Below are positions 20,520-29,539 of a stretch of 64,000 nt of DNA, piece by piece; the first letter of the stretch is position 1; every line of letters starts with the position of its first letter. The notes under the pieces are model-generated. The model saw nothing but the letters and a program-made list of their open reading frames with translations, was not told the origin of the DNA and searched no databases. A program made the position numbers and the translations under genes. The stretch is from Hyphomicrobium sp. (lineage in GTDB: Bacteria; Pseudomonadota; Alphaproteobacteria; Rhizobiales; Hyphomicrobiaceae). The stretch lies in NCBI GenBank assembly GCA_036823975.1, contig DAITBB010000008.1, forward strand, positions 1,084 to 65,083, in the 5' to 3' direction.

Positions 20520-21823
20520 GGTGCGTCGTCGTTCGCGGTATCGGGGGAGGGCGACGTCGTGTTCTGGATGCGCTGGTCCCACATCAATTCGAGGGCGCGC
20601 ATGTGCTTGATGAGGAGGGACTTGTGCTCCGCCCACCACGCGATGATTGAGCCGAACTCCTGAATGCGGGCGCGTCCATCCTGGATGGTGACCACCGGCC
20701 AATGCCCGACGAGTGCGTTGTCGATGCCGAACAGGTCGCGCCCCCACCAACGGGCTTCGCCGAAGGCGTGCTGGCCGACGCCGCCGACTTTCATCATGGC
20801 GAGCACGGAGAACGGCTCGAAGCTTCGCGCCCGCTCGACGGCGGATTTCCAGAGCTCGAGCGCAGAGGCATACTCCCAGGACACGGCCGACCAGGTGCCG
20901 GGGAAACGCCGACAGAACTCCTCGTAGAAGCCTCTCGCGTTTCTGAAGTTCATTTGCGGATCGTCGAGGCGGGGATCGTCGAAATCCGGAAACTGGAAAA
21001 CGAAGCCTTCCATGAACTCGGCGCTCGTGCGCCTGATCAGCTCGGCGTAGTTATCGCAGGTGCACGAGAGAAGTTGGCCTTTGAAGCCCTTTCGGTAAGC
21101 GTCGATCGTAAGAGCGTGCACGAATGGTTCGTAGGCCGTGTCCCAGCAGAGGATATCCGGGTCGGCGGCCATCAGCTCGTCGACAATCGATCCGAAGTCG
21201 CTTGTTTCGGGATCGAACAGTCGCTCGGCGACCAAAGTGATGCCGGCAGCTTCGAAGGCGGCTCGGTAGGTGGCGATCGAGGGGAGCCCGAACAGGTCAC
21301 GCTGAGCGCACATCGCGGCGGTCTTGAGATTCGGCTTGTTGCGTTTGAGCCAGTCGACTCCGGTCACGTTGTAAACCGGGTGGACTTCGCTCGGCGCGAC
21401 GAGGGTCGACGTATCGGGTGACAGGTCGCTCGGGAGCATCCCGGCCACCAGCATCCGGTGCCGCTTGATCAGGTTGCGTACCTCGGGCGTGAGATCATTG
21501 CCGCCGTTGACCAGCATCAGCTTGACCCCGTCCTCGAGAATGAGCTTCTTGGCCCCCCGTAAAGCCTGTGTGGGATCGTACATCGTATCGTAGGAGACGA
21601 GCTCGATCGCATATCTGCGGCTGGCGACTTTCACGCCGCCCGAGGCATTGACGGCATCGACCCAGATCCGGCACCCGTCGAGACCCGGGACCGACCAGGC
21701 CTTGAGCGGCCCGCTCAGGGGGGCAAGGAACCCGATCTTGAGAACCTCGGGCGACCCGATAGCATAGCTGCGCATCGCAACGGCCAGGGCATTTGCGACC
21801 GGGCTTTTCGATCTCGCAGCCAT
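20507..21823 (-). CDS. type-1 (LivJ/AmiC-like) substrate-binding-fold protein, orphan
   Basis: LKIGFLAPLSG...VNASGGVKV...YDTMYDP..A..GAKKLILED, ETSDFGSIV. Confidence 0.8.
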   Translation of the reverse strand: MAARSKSPVANALAVAMRSYAIGSPEVLKIGFLAPLSGPLKAWSVPGLDGCRIWVDAVNASGGVKVASRRYAIELVSYDTMYDPTQALRGAKKLILEDGVKLMLVNGGNDLTPEVRNLIKRHRMLVAGMLPSDLSPDTSTLVAPSEVHPVYNVTGVDWLKRNKPNLKTAAMCAQRDLFGLPSIATYRAAFEAAGITLVAERLFDPETSDFGSIVDELMAADPDILCWDTAYEPFVHALTIDAYRKGFKGQLLSCTCDNYAELIRRTSAEFMEGFVFQFPDFDDPRLDDPQMNFRNARGFYEEFCRRFPGTWSAVSWEYASALELWKSAVERARSFEPFSVLAMMKVGGVGQHAFGEARWWGRDLFGIDNALVGHWPVVTIQDGRARIQEFGSIIAWWAEHKSLLIKHMRALELMWDQRIQNTTSPSPDTANDDAPHPS

Positions 21824-22047
21824 AGAATGCCTTTATCTATTCTCGCACGCATTGGTCCGCCGCTCGTCCAAGGACGGCCCGCGGCCGCTCTGCGCCTTTC
21901 CGACGACATGCTAGCCCCGCGCGTGGCGACTTGGAAGCGGGGGCGGGGGGCAGCGTCGTGCGCACCTAAGCGTTCGAATAAGCACCAGAATTTCGAAAAT
22001 TTAACCCTGACGTGGCGCCAAAATTGATCTTCAGGCGACAGAAGGGC

Positions 22048-22665
22048 TCAGCGAGGCCCGAACCCGATGGAGGTGACCAGATCCTGCGGCTCGCGCCAGT
22101 CTGCGACGCGCGCGGCGACCCCGATCAGGCCGCCGGGCCAATGCGTATCGTGGGCACAGACGACGAGCTCTGTCCCGCAGTGGACGCACCTCACAAATCT
22201 CGAGATCACATCGTTCGTGCACCCTTGGCAGTAGACGCAGCGCACACGGTGGGCAACCGGCGCGCGATGCTCGGTGGAGACGCACTGCCGTTCCACTCCG
22301 GAGACTTGAGCGAGCTGAAGGACGAGCTCAACCAGCGTCATCGAGCCGGATGCATAGACGCGTGTTCCCGTTCGTGCGAGCCCGAGAACAGCCGAGAGCC
22401 GCTTGAGCGCCGTCACCACGGTCGGCAGATTGTGGATCACCTCGGCGGGGAGGAGTTGCAGTCGTGCGGTGTAGGCTGCCGCATCGAGCGCGGTTTCCGC
22501 ATGCACGATGGTGATGCGTCCATTGAGGTCGGAACTGTTCCGGTCGAAGAGATCGAGGATCGCCTGAGGCCCATCGCCGTCGGCGGCGAAGACGTGGTGG
22601 CTCGCATAGGGATCGGCAACAAACCCGGTGTGCTCGAGGTCGCGAGGGGTGCCGGAAGCGGACAT
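22048..22665 (-). CDS. divergent DmmA-like protein, copy 3
   Basis: HHVFAADGDGPQAILDLF nearly identical to DmmA1; keeps CVYC...CVHC but lacks IKSRP and RDHYS/FQGVC motifs. Confidence 0.7.
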   Translation of the reverse strand: MSASGTPRDLEHTGFVADPYASHHVFAADGDGPQAILDLFDRNSSDLNGRITIVHAETALDAAAYTARLQLLPAEVIHNLPTVVTALKRLSAVLGLARTGTRVYASGSMTLVELVLQLAQVSGVERQCVSTEHRAPVAHRVRCVYCQGCTNDVISRFVRCVHCGTELVVCAHDTHWPGGLIGVAARVADWREPQDLVTSIGFGPR

Positions 22666-22856
22666 GCACAGTCCTCCGATGGATATCTCTGCACGCCACG
22701 AGGCATCAGATGCCGGGCAAAAGGCCTTCCCATCGCAGCGCCGCGAGAAAAAAAGTGGCCGGACGCATCGAGAGGCCGATTGCTTGCACGCCACGACCCG
22801 AAGAAGCGTCCAGCAAGGGAGACGCCCGCGCGACCCTCCTCGGCTGCGACCTCTCA

Positions 22857-22906
22857 GGAATACTGACGCAGTTGCCTTCGTGTCAATTAATGTTCTCATG
22901 AAGAAA
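22857..22906 (-). promoter_or_regulatory. promoter (perfect -35 TTGACA) with adjacent operator upstream of the dmmA-like copy 3
   Basis: TTGACA at 22886-22881 on the minus strand; GTTCTCATGAAGAAA at 22892-22906. Confidence 0.45.
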
Positions 22907-23059
22907 CGAAGCCGCGCGTAAACCGTACGACCCGATGCGCCGGGTGGCGTATCGGCGTCGATCCTGCGCCCGGGCCGTGAAATTCAAGGGATTTACCCGT
23001 TATGTCCTATTAGTGTGAGGATGGAACACAACCATCAGGAACGGGGCCCCGCCATAACG

Positions 23060-23743
23060 ATGACGAAGAGTAGGACATCCAAGAAAGCCGGCCAGATAGC
23101 GCAAGTTAAGAAAATTGCGAAAACGACGAAGGCTGCAGATCTCGCGACAGGCTCGGGTGCGCCGGGGGTCGTCGTCAGAACGCTGGAGAACGCGATTGGC
23201 GCGCAAGTGCGCGAATACAGGAAGCGTGCGGGACTGACCGTCTCCGAGCTCGCCTCGGTCGCGGAGATTTCGACCGGCATGCTTTCCAAGATCGAGAACG
23301 GTCAGATCTCGCCTTCACTCTCGACGTTGCAGTTGCTGGCTTCGGCGCTCAACCTGCCGCTTACGGCATTGCTTGAGACCTATGACCGTGGTCGCGGGTG
23401 CTCCTACGTGAAGAAAGGCGAGGGCGTCGCCATTCGGCGTCGTGGGACGAAAGTGGGTCACAACTACCATCTTCTCGGCCAATCGCTCGGCGGCGACGTT
23501 GCCGTGGAGCCCTACATTATTTCGCTGAACAAGGATGCGGACACCTACACGGAGTTCCGCCACGAAGGCATCGAGTTCCTGTACATGCTGAGCGGCACGA
23601 TCTCTTACGCATATGGAGATCGCTCATATCTGCTGGAGCCCGGCGACTCGATGATGTTCGATTCAGCGGAGCTGCATGGCCCCGATAAGCTCGTCGAGCT
23701 GCCGGCGATCTACCTTTCGATCATTATTTATCAACGCCGATAA
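23060..23743 (+). CDS. XRE-family HTH + cupin transcriptional regulator
   Basis: IGAQVREYRKRAGLTVSELA...MLSKIENGQISPSLSTL; cupin HEGIEFLYMLSG...LEPGDSMMFDS..HGP. Confidence 0.92.
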   Translation: MTKSRTSKKAGQIAQVKKIAKTTKAADLATGSGAPGVVVRTLENAIGAQVREYRKRAGLTVSELASVAEISTGMLSKIENGQISPSLSTLQLLASALNLPLTALLETYDRGRGCSYVKKGEGVAIRRRGTKVGHNYHLLGQSLGGDVAVEPYIISLNKDADTYTEFRHEGIEFLYMLSGTISYAYGDRSYLLEPGDSMMFDSAELHGPDKLVELPAIYLSIIIYQRR

Positions 23744-23851
23744 AAACATGAGGTGCCGGCCCGGGCCGCGGCAGCGTCGGATAGCGTAGAGCTCCCGTCT
23801 GGCGCCTCCTTTTGCGGTGCAAAAAACTCCCCTTCGCTGCTTCGATCTCGG

Positions 23852-23911
23852 TTTCCTACAGAGAAAATTTATTTCGCGATAGTTGACGTGCGACGTTGCG
23901 TCATCTACTGT
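23852..23911 (+). promoter_or_regulatory. operator plus sigma70 promoter of the mgsABC-gmaS operon
   Basis: TTTCCTACAGAGAAA 23852-23866; TTGACG-N17-TACTGT 23883-23911. Confidence 0.6.
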
Positions 23912-23946
23912 TCCTAGGAAGCCACAAAACGAAGGGAGTTCGCCCG

Positions 23947-24843
23947 ATGTGTGGAATTGTTGGACTCTTCCTCAAGGAGGCGGCCCTTGAGCCTGAGCTA
24001 GGCGCTCTCGCAGCCGGGATGCTCGCGACGATGTGTGAGCGCGGTCCGGATTCGGCGGGGTTTGCCGTCTATGGCACCCCCGAAAAGGGAAAAGCCAAGA
24101 TCACGCTGCAGTCGGCCCATCCGGAGCGCAATTTCGCGGACCTCGCGCCTGCGGTCGAAAAAGCGGTTGGCAGCCTGATCCTGCTCGATGTGCGCTCGAC
24201 GCACGCGGTGCTGACGTGCGGCGCCGACAAGGTGGAGGATGTTCGGCGGGCCGTGCGCGAGATCGCGCCCGACGTCAGCATCATGGGCGTTGGGGAAGCC
24301 ATCGAGATCTACAAGGAGGTGGGCTACCCGACCGACGTGGCGAAGCGTTTCGACCTCGGGGCCATGACCGGCACGCATGCCATCGGACACACGCGCATGG
24401 CGACGGAATCGGCGGTGTCGACGCTCGGCGCGCATCCGTTTTCGACCGGGTCCGACCAGTGCCTCGTTCACAACGGCTCGCTGTCCAATCACAACAACCT
24501 GCGTCGCACGCTCGTCCGCGACGGGATGAGCTTCGAGACCGAGAATGACACGGAGGTGGCGGCCGCCTACCTCACGTGGCGCATGAATCAGGGCCTCAAT
24601 CTCGGCCAGGCGCTGGAGAAGAGCCTCGAGGATCTCGACGGTTTCTTCACGTTCGTCGTCGGCACGAAAAACGGGTTCGGCGTCGTGCGCGATCCGATTG
24701 CCTGCAAACCCGCGGTGCTGGCCGAGACGAACGACTACGTCGCGTTCGGGTCGGAGTACCGCGCCCTCGCCGGTCTGCCCGGCATCGAAAAGGCGAAGGT
24801 CTGGGAGCCCGAGCCTGCAACCGTCTACTTCTGGGAGCGCTGA
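23947..24843 (+). CDS. mgsA: N-methylglutamate synthase subunit A (class II amidotransferase, GlxB-like)
   Basis: MCGIVG Ntn start, RGPDSAG, GHTRMATES, HNGSLSN, NDTEV. Confidence 0.88.
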   Translation: MCGIVGLFLKEAALEPELGALAAGMLATMCERGPDSAGFAVYGTPEKGKAKITLQSAHPERNFADLAPAVEKAVGSLILLDVRSTHAVLTCGADKVEDVRRAVREIAPDVSIMGVGEAIEIYKEVGYPTDVAKRFDLGAMTGTHAIGHTRMATESAVSTLGAHPFSTGSDQCLVHNGSLSNHNNLRRTLVRDGMSFETENDTEVAAAYLTWRMNQGLNLGQALEKSLEDLDGFFTFVVGTKNGFGVVRDPIACKPAVLAETNDYVAFGSEYRALAGLPGIEKAKVWEPEPATVYFWER

Positions 24844-24844
24844 T

Positions 24845-25531
24845 ATGCCGGCGATCGATCTTGCAACGACACCGTTGCGTGCACTCAACGAGAGCCTGCA
24901 CGCACTCGCGGACGGCACCAATGAAACCGACTGGGTCGTTCTGAACCCCGATGGGCGTCATGCGGTGGCCGTGGGGCTCGACGCGCCGGTCACGATCAAT
25001 ATTCGCGGTTCCGTCGGTTATTACTGTGCCGGCATGAACAAGCGGGCGAGCGTGATCGTGCACGGCTCCGCCGGACCGGGCGCGGCCGAGAACATGATGT
25101 CGGGTCGCGTGGTGGTGAAGGGTGACGCGAGCCAGTACGCGGGCGCGACAGGACGGGGCGGGCTGCTCGTGATCGAAGGCAACGCGTCGTCGCGCTGCGG
25201 CATCTCGATGAAGGGCATCGACATCCTGGTCAAAGGCAACATCGGGCACATGTCGGCCTTCATGGCGCAGAGGGGCAATCTCGTCGTGTTGGGTGATGCC
25301 GGCGATGCGCTCGGCGATTCCATCTATGAAGCGCGCATTTTCGTACGCGGCAGCGTGAAAAGCCTGGGTGCGGACTGCATCGAGAAGGAGATGCGGCCCG
25401 AGCATCACGAGCTTCTCGCCGGGCTGCTCGAAAAAGCAGGCGTTGCAGACCTGAAGACGAGTGCGTTCCGCCGCTACGGCTCGGCGCGCAAGCTCTACAA
25501 CTTCGACATCGACAACGCGGATGCTTACTGA
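24845..25531 (+). CDS. mgsB: N-methylglutamate synthase subunit B (GXGXG beta-helix, GlxC-like)
   Basis: GSVGYYCAGMN, AENMMSG, RCGISMKG, GHMSAFMAQ. Confidence 0.88.
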   Translation: MPAIDLATTPLRALNESLHALADGTNETDWVVLNPDGRHAVAVGLDAPVTINIRGSVGYYCAGMNKRASVIVHGSAGPGAAENMMSGRVVVKGDASQYAGATGRGGLLVIEGNASSRCGISMKGIDILVKGNIGHMSAFMAQRGNLVVLGDAGDALGDSIYEARIFVRGSVKSLGADCIEKEMRPEHHELLAGLLEKAGVADLKTSAFRRYGSARKLYNFDIDNADAY

Positions 25532-26859
25532 TGACCTATCATAACCCGCCGACCACACCCCGCAAATCCGCGACCTTCGACGACTATACGCTCTCGGAGA
25601 TCCGTCGCGCCGCCGAGACCGGCATCTACGACATCCGCGGCGCCGGCGCGAAACGCAAAGTTCCGCATTTCGACGATCTCCTGTTCCTCGGGGCGTCGAT
25701 GTCGCGCTATCCGCTCGAAGGCTACCGCGAGCGGTGCTCGACGGATGTGGTGCTCGGCGCGCGGCACGCGAAGAAGCCCATCCACCTCAAGACGCCGATC
25801 ACCATCGCGGGCATGAGCTTCGGCGCGCTTTCGGGGCAGGCCAAGGAGGCGCTCGGTCGCGGCGCCACCATCGCCGGCACGTCGACGACGACGGGCGACG
25901 GCGGCATGACGGTCGAGGAGCGCGGCCACTCGAAGACGCTCGTCTATCAGTATCTTCCCTCCCGCTACGGCATGAACCCGGACGATCTGCGAAAGGCCGA
26001 CGCCATCGAGATCGTCGTGGGCCAGGGTGCGAAGCCCGGCGGCGGCGGCATGCTGCTCGGCCAGAAGATTTCGGATCGGGTGGCCGAGATGCGCACGCTG
26101 CCCAAGGGCATCGACCAGCGGTCCTCGTGCCGTCATCCGGACTGGACGGGGCCGGACGATCTCGAAATCAAGATTCTCGAACTGCGCGAGATCACCGACT
26201 GGGAGAAGCCGATCTACATCAAGGTCGGCGGTGCGCGGCCTTACTACGACGTGGCGCTTGCGGTGAAGGCCGGGGCCGACGTCGTCGTGGTCGACGGGAT
26301 GCAAGGCGGCACGGCAGCGACGCAGGAGGTCTTCATCGAGCATGTGGGCCAGCCGACGCTCGCGTGCATCCGTCCCGCCGTGCAGGCGCTGCAGGATCTG
26401 GGCATGCACCGCAAGGTGCAGCTCATCGTCTCCGGCGGTATTCGAAACGGCGCGGATGTCGCCAAGGCGCTCGCGCTCGGAGCGGATGCCGTGGCCATCG
26501 GCACGGCTGCGCTCGTCGCGCTTGGCGACAACGATCCGGCATACGAAGCCGAGTACCGCAAGCTCAACACGACGGCCGGCGCCTACGACGACTGGCACGA
26601 AGGACGCGATCCGGTCGGCATCACGACGCAGGATCCGGAGCTTGCACAGCGGCTCGATCCGGTTCGCGCCGGGCGGCGGCTCGCCAACTATCTCAAGGTC
26701 ATGACGCTCGAGCTGCAGACCATCGCGCGGGCGGCGGGACACAATCACGTGCACAACCTCGAGCCCGAGGATCTCTGCGCGCTCACCATCGAGGCGGCCG
26801 CCATGGCACGCGTGCCGCTCGCGGGAACGAGCTGGATACCCGGGCACGGCAAGTTTTAG
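25531..26859 (+). CDS. mgsC: N-methylglutamate synthase subunit C (FMN-binding glutamate synthase family, GlxD-like)
   Basis: AGMSFGALS, TGDGG, GQGAKPGGGG, DGMQGGT, SGGIRNGADVAKALALGAD. Confidence 0.9.
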   Translation: MTYHNPPTTPRKSATFDDYTLSEIRRAAETGIYDIRGAGAKRKVPHFDDLLFLGASMSRYPLEGYRERCSTDVVLGARHAKKPIHLKTPITIAGMSFGALSGQAKEALGRGATIAGTSTTTGDGGMTVEERGHSKTLVYQYLPSRYGMNPDDLRKADAIEIVVGQGAKPGGGGMLLGQKISDRVAEMRTLPKGIDQRSSCRHPDWTGPDDLEIKILELREITDWEKPIYIKVGGARPYYDVALAVKAGADVVVVDGMQGGTAATQEVFIEHVGQPTLACIRPAVQALQDLGMHRKVQLIVSGGIRNGADVAKALALGADAVAIGTAALVALGDNDPAYEAEYRKLNTTAGAYDDWHEGRDPVGITTQDPELAQRLDPVRAGRRLANYLKVMTLELQTIARAAGHNHVHNLEPEDLCALTIEAAAMARVPLAGTSWIPGHGKF

Positions 26860-26982
26860 TTCAGGAAGGTCTCGGGTCCACACGGTTCGCGGGACCCTCA
26901 TCGTTCTTCGATCTCAAAAAACAACGAGCGAAGACGCCGAAGTTTCTAGGGGAAACGACAACCCAAGCGTGGATCAGATACC

Positions 26983-28335
26983 ATGACACATGACCTCGCC
27001 ACAATCGGCAAAGAGCACGCTATCCGTGCGACACAGGATCTCGCTTCCATCGCCGCGGAACGCGACATCCGTTATTTCATGATCTCGTTTACGGATCTTT
27101 ATGGCTTCCAGCGCGCGAAGCTGGTTCCGGCGACGGCGATCGCGGATATCCAGAAGGATGGTGCCGGGTTCGCCGGCTTTGCCACCTGGCTCGATATGAC
27201 GCCTGCCCATCCCGACATGCTCGGGATTCCCGATCCGTCCACATTCGTCCAGCTTCCCTGGCGGAAAGAGGTCGGCTGGGTCGCCGCCGATTGCGTGATG
27301 GAGGGGCAATTCGTGGCCCAGGCGCCTCGCGTCGTGCTCAAGAACGTCGTGGCGGCGGCGGAGCGCGAGGGGCTCTATGTCAAAACCGGCGTGGAATGCG
27401 AGTTCTTCCTGACGAAGCCGTGCGGCAGCCAGATCTCGGACGACTCCGACCAGGCCTCGAAGCCCTGCTACGATCAGCAGGCGTTGATGCGCCGCTACGA
27501 CGTCATCAGCGAGATCTGCGATTACATGCTGGAGCTCGGCTGGAAGCCGTACCAGAACGATCACGAGGATGCCAACGGCCAGTGGGAACTGAACTGGGCG
27601 TTCGACGATGTGCTCAAGACCGCCGACCGTCATGCCTTCTTCAAGTTCATGACCAAGACCGTTGCCGAGAAGCACGGCCTGCGCGCGACGTTCATGCCGA
27701 AGCCGTTCGCGAACCTCACCGGCAACGGTTGCCACGTCCACGTCTCGGTGTGGGACGAGACGGGCAAGGTCAACAAGTTCGACGATCGTGCCGACGAGAT
27801 CGGCCTTTCGCAGCAAGGCTACAACTTCCTCGGCGGCATCATGCGCCATGCCGAGGCGTTCTCCGCCATCACCAATCCGACGGTCAACTCCTACAAGCGC
27901 ATCAACGCACCGCGAACGACCTCGGGCGCGACCTGGGCGCCGAACAGCGTGACCTGGACCGGCAACAACCGCACCCACATGGTGCGGGTGCCGGGACCCG
28001 GCCGGTTCGAGCTCCGGCTTCCCGATGGGGCGGCGAACCCCTATCTGCTTCAGGCCGTCACGATTGCCGCCGGCCTGAGCGGCATCTACCGCAAGGCTGA
28101 ACCAGGCCGTCGGCTCGACATCGACATGTACCAGGAGGGGCATACCGTGACGGGCGCCCCCAAGCTTCCGCTCAATCTGCTCGATGCGCTCCGCAATTTC
28201 GATAAGGATTCGGAGCTCAAGCAAATGCTCGGCGAGGATTTCGCCAATTCCTACATCAAGCTCAAAATGCTGGAGTGGAATGCATACGCGTCGCATCTCA
28301 CGGAATGGGAGCGCGCGAACACGTTGGATGTTTGA
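26983..28335 (+). CDS. gmaS: type III glutamine synthetase-like gamma-glutamylmethylamide synthetase (GlnT-like)
   Basis: RAKLVP, GAGFAGFATW, QNDHEDANGQ, TFMPKPF, GNGCHVH, NSYKRINAP, NNRTHMVR; next to mgsABC. Confidence 0.9.
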   Translation: MTHDLATIGKEHAIRATQDLASIAAERDIRYFMISFTDLYGFQRAKLVPATAIADIQKDGAGFAGFATWLDMTPAHPDMLGIPDPSTFVQLPWRKEVGWVAADCVMEGQFVAQAPRVVLKNVVAAAEREGLYVKTGVECEFFLTKPCGSQISDDSDQASKPCYDQQALMRRYDVISEICDYMLELGWKPYQNDHEDANGQWELNWAFDDVLKTADRHAFFKFMTKTVAEKHGLRATFMPKPFANLTGNGCHVHVSVWDETGKVNKFDDRADEIGLSQQGYNFLGGIMRHAEAFSAITNPTVNSYKRINAPRTTSGATWAPNSVTWTGNNRTHMVRVPGPGRFELRLPDGAANPYLLQAVTIAAGLSGIYRKAEPGRRLDIDMYQEGHTVTGAPKLPLNLLDALRNFDKDSELKQMLGEDFANSYIKLKMLEWNAYASHLTEWERANTLDV

Positions 28336-28443
28336 CGGCGGCGCAGCGAGGCTAGTTTCCATCCTCTCGCTTAACGAGCATCAAGTGCTGTTTCGTTCGG
28401 TCGTGTCATTGTTGTGTGTTGCCGCGCAACGGGAGAAGAATTG

Positions 28444-28923
28444 ATGATGACGAATGACGCAAGTCCCAACGTCTCTTCTGGCGCCGAGAAGCCCCCGACG
28501 CGGGATGCCAGGGCGGACGCAGCATCGTCGCGCCGCGCAGCTCCCTTGCTCTATGACTTGGTAGGCGGCGAGGCCGGCCTTCGTCACCTGGTCGAAACGT
28601 TCTACGATATTATCGAGTTCGAGCCGGAAGGCCGCAGCTTGCATCTCTTGCATTTGCGCGGGCACGGGGTGGCCCATTCGCGGATCGAACAGTTCAAGTT
28701 CCTGTCGGGTTTCCTGGGCGGGCCGCAACTCTACGTCGAGGACCATCAGCACTCAGACGTACGGGAAATGCACGAGCATGTGGAGATCGATGCCGAAGCC
28801 CGCGATGCCTGGCTCAAGTGCATGTCGATCGCGATCGATCGGGTCGGGCTTCCTGAGCAGACGAAAGTCAAGCTCATGGCGCCGTTTACGCAGGTCGCGA
28901 AGATGCTGGTGAACAAGGACTGA
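28444..28923 (+). CDS. group II truncated hemoglobin
   Basis: LYDLVGGEAGLRHLVETFYD, FLSGFLGGPQLY, MHEHVEI...RDAWLKCM. Confidence 0.88.
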   Translation: MMTNDASPNVSSGAEKPPTRDARADAASSRRAAPLLYDLVGGEAGLRHLVETFYDIIEFEPEGRSLHLLHLRGHGVAHSRIEQFKFLSGFLGGPQLYVEDHQHSDVREMHEHVEIDAEARDAWLKCMSIAIDRVGLPEQTKVKLMAPFTQVAKMLVNKD

Positions 28924-28961
28924 CCGAAGAGGCCGCCGCGCGCCTCCCGCCTGACCGGGAG

Positions 28962-28984
28962 GCCCTCCGCCGATGGCGGAGGGC
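28962..28984. terminator. GC-rich hairpin between the convergent globin and fae genes
   Basis: GCCCTCCGCC-GAT-GGCGGAGGGC perfect 10-bp stem; no clear U-tract. Confidence 0.45.
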
Positions 28985-28990
28985 TCGTTG

Positions 28991-29539
28991 TCAGATCTCG
29001 CCTTTCAATCCGCGCTCGAAGTACTTGTGGACGATCTTGTCCTGGTTCTCGAGCAGCCAGTCGATCGAGGGCTCGTTCGACATCGCCTTGTGAATGGCGG
29101 CGGCTGTGGCCTTGCGATGGATGTCGAACAGGATCCTGTGATCCAGGTCCTTGATTGTCGAGACGGAGGGATTGAGCCACACCGAGACGATGATTCCGAG
29201 GTCGTTGGCCTTCTCCTTTGGGATGTCGCCCGCGCGCACGGAATCGAGCACGCCCATCGCGGTCGCATACTGCACCGTTCCCATCAGGATGTTGGTATAG
29301 CGCTCGTCGGTCACGGTCACCTTGCTCACGCAGATCGTTGCGGGACGCACCATCACATCCGTGTTGAGCAGGGCCAGCACGCGGCTGTGGCCGGAGACCT
29401 GATTGCCCAGGAGATTGGCGAACGCAGTGCCGAATGGGCCATCCATCTCTCCGATCGCGACCTCGGGCTCTGCCGCTGTGCCGGGCGGACCGCCCGCGAC
29501 AAGCGCTTCGCCGATCCGAATTCCAATGCGTCCGCTCAT
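28991..29539 (-). CDS. fae: formaldehyde-activating enzyme homolog
   Basis: GEALVAGG, GPFGTAFANLLGNQVSGH, VRPATICVSKVT, GTVQYA, GDIPKEKANDLGII, EPSIDWLL. Confidence 0.85.
   Translation of the reverse strand: MSGRIGIRIGEALVAGGPPGTAAEPEVAIGEMDGPFGTAFANLLGNQVSGHSRVLALLNTDVMVRPATICVSKVTVTDERYTNILMGTVQYATAMGVLDSVRAGDIPKEKANDLGIIVSVWLNPSVSTIKDLDHRILFDIHRKATAAAIHKAMSNEPSIDWLLENQDKIVHKYFERGLKGEI

Noticed and set aside
23800..23816. TGGCGC...TTGC as a sigma54 promoter for mgsA
   Set aside because: GG-to-GC spacing is 11 nt rather than 10; a good sigma70 promoter lies downstream
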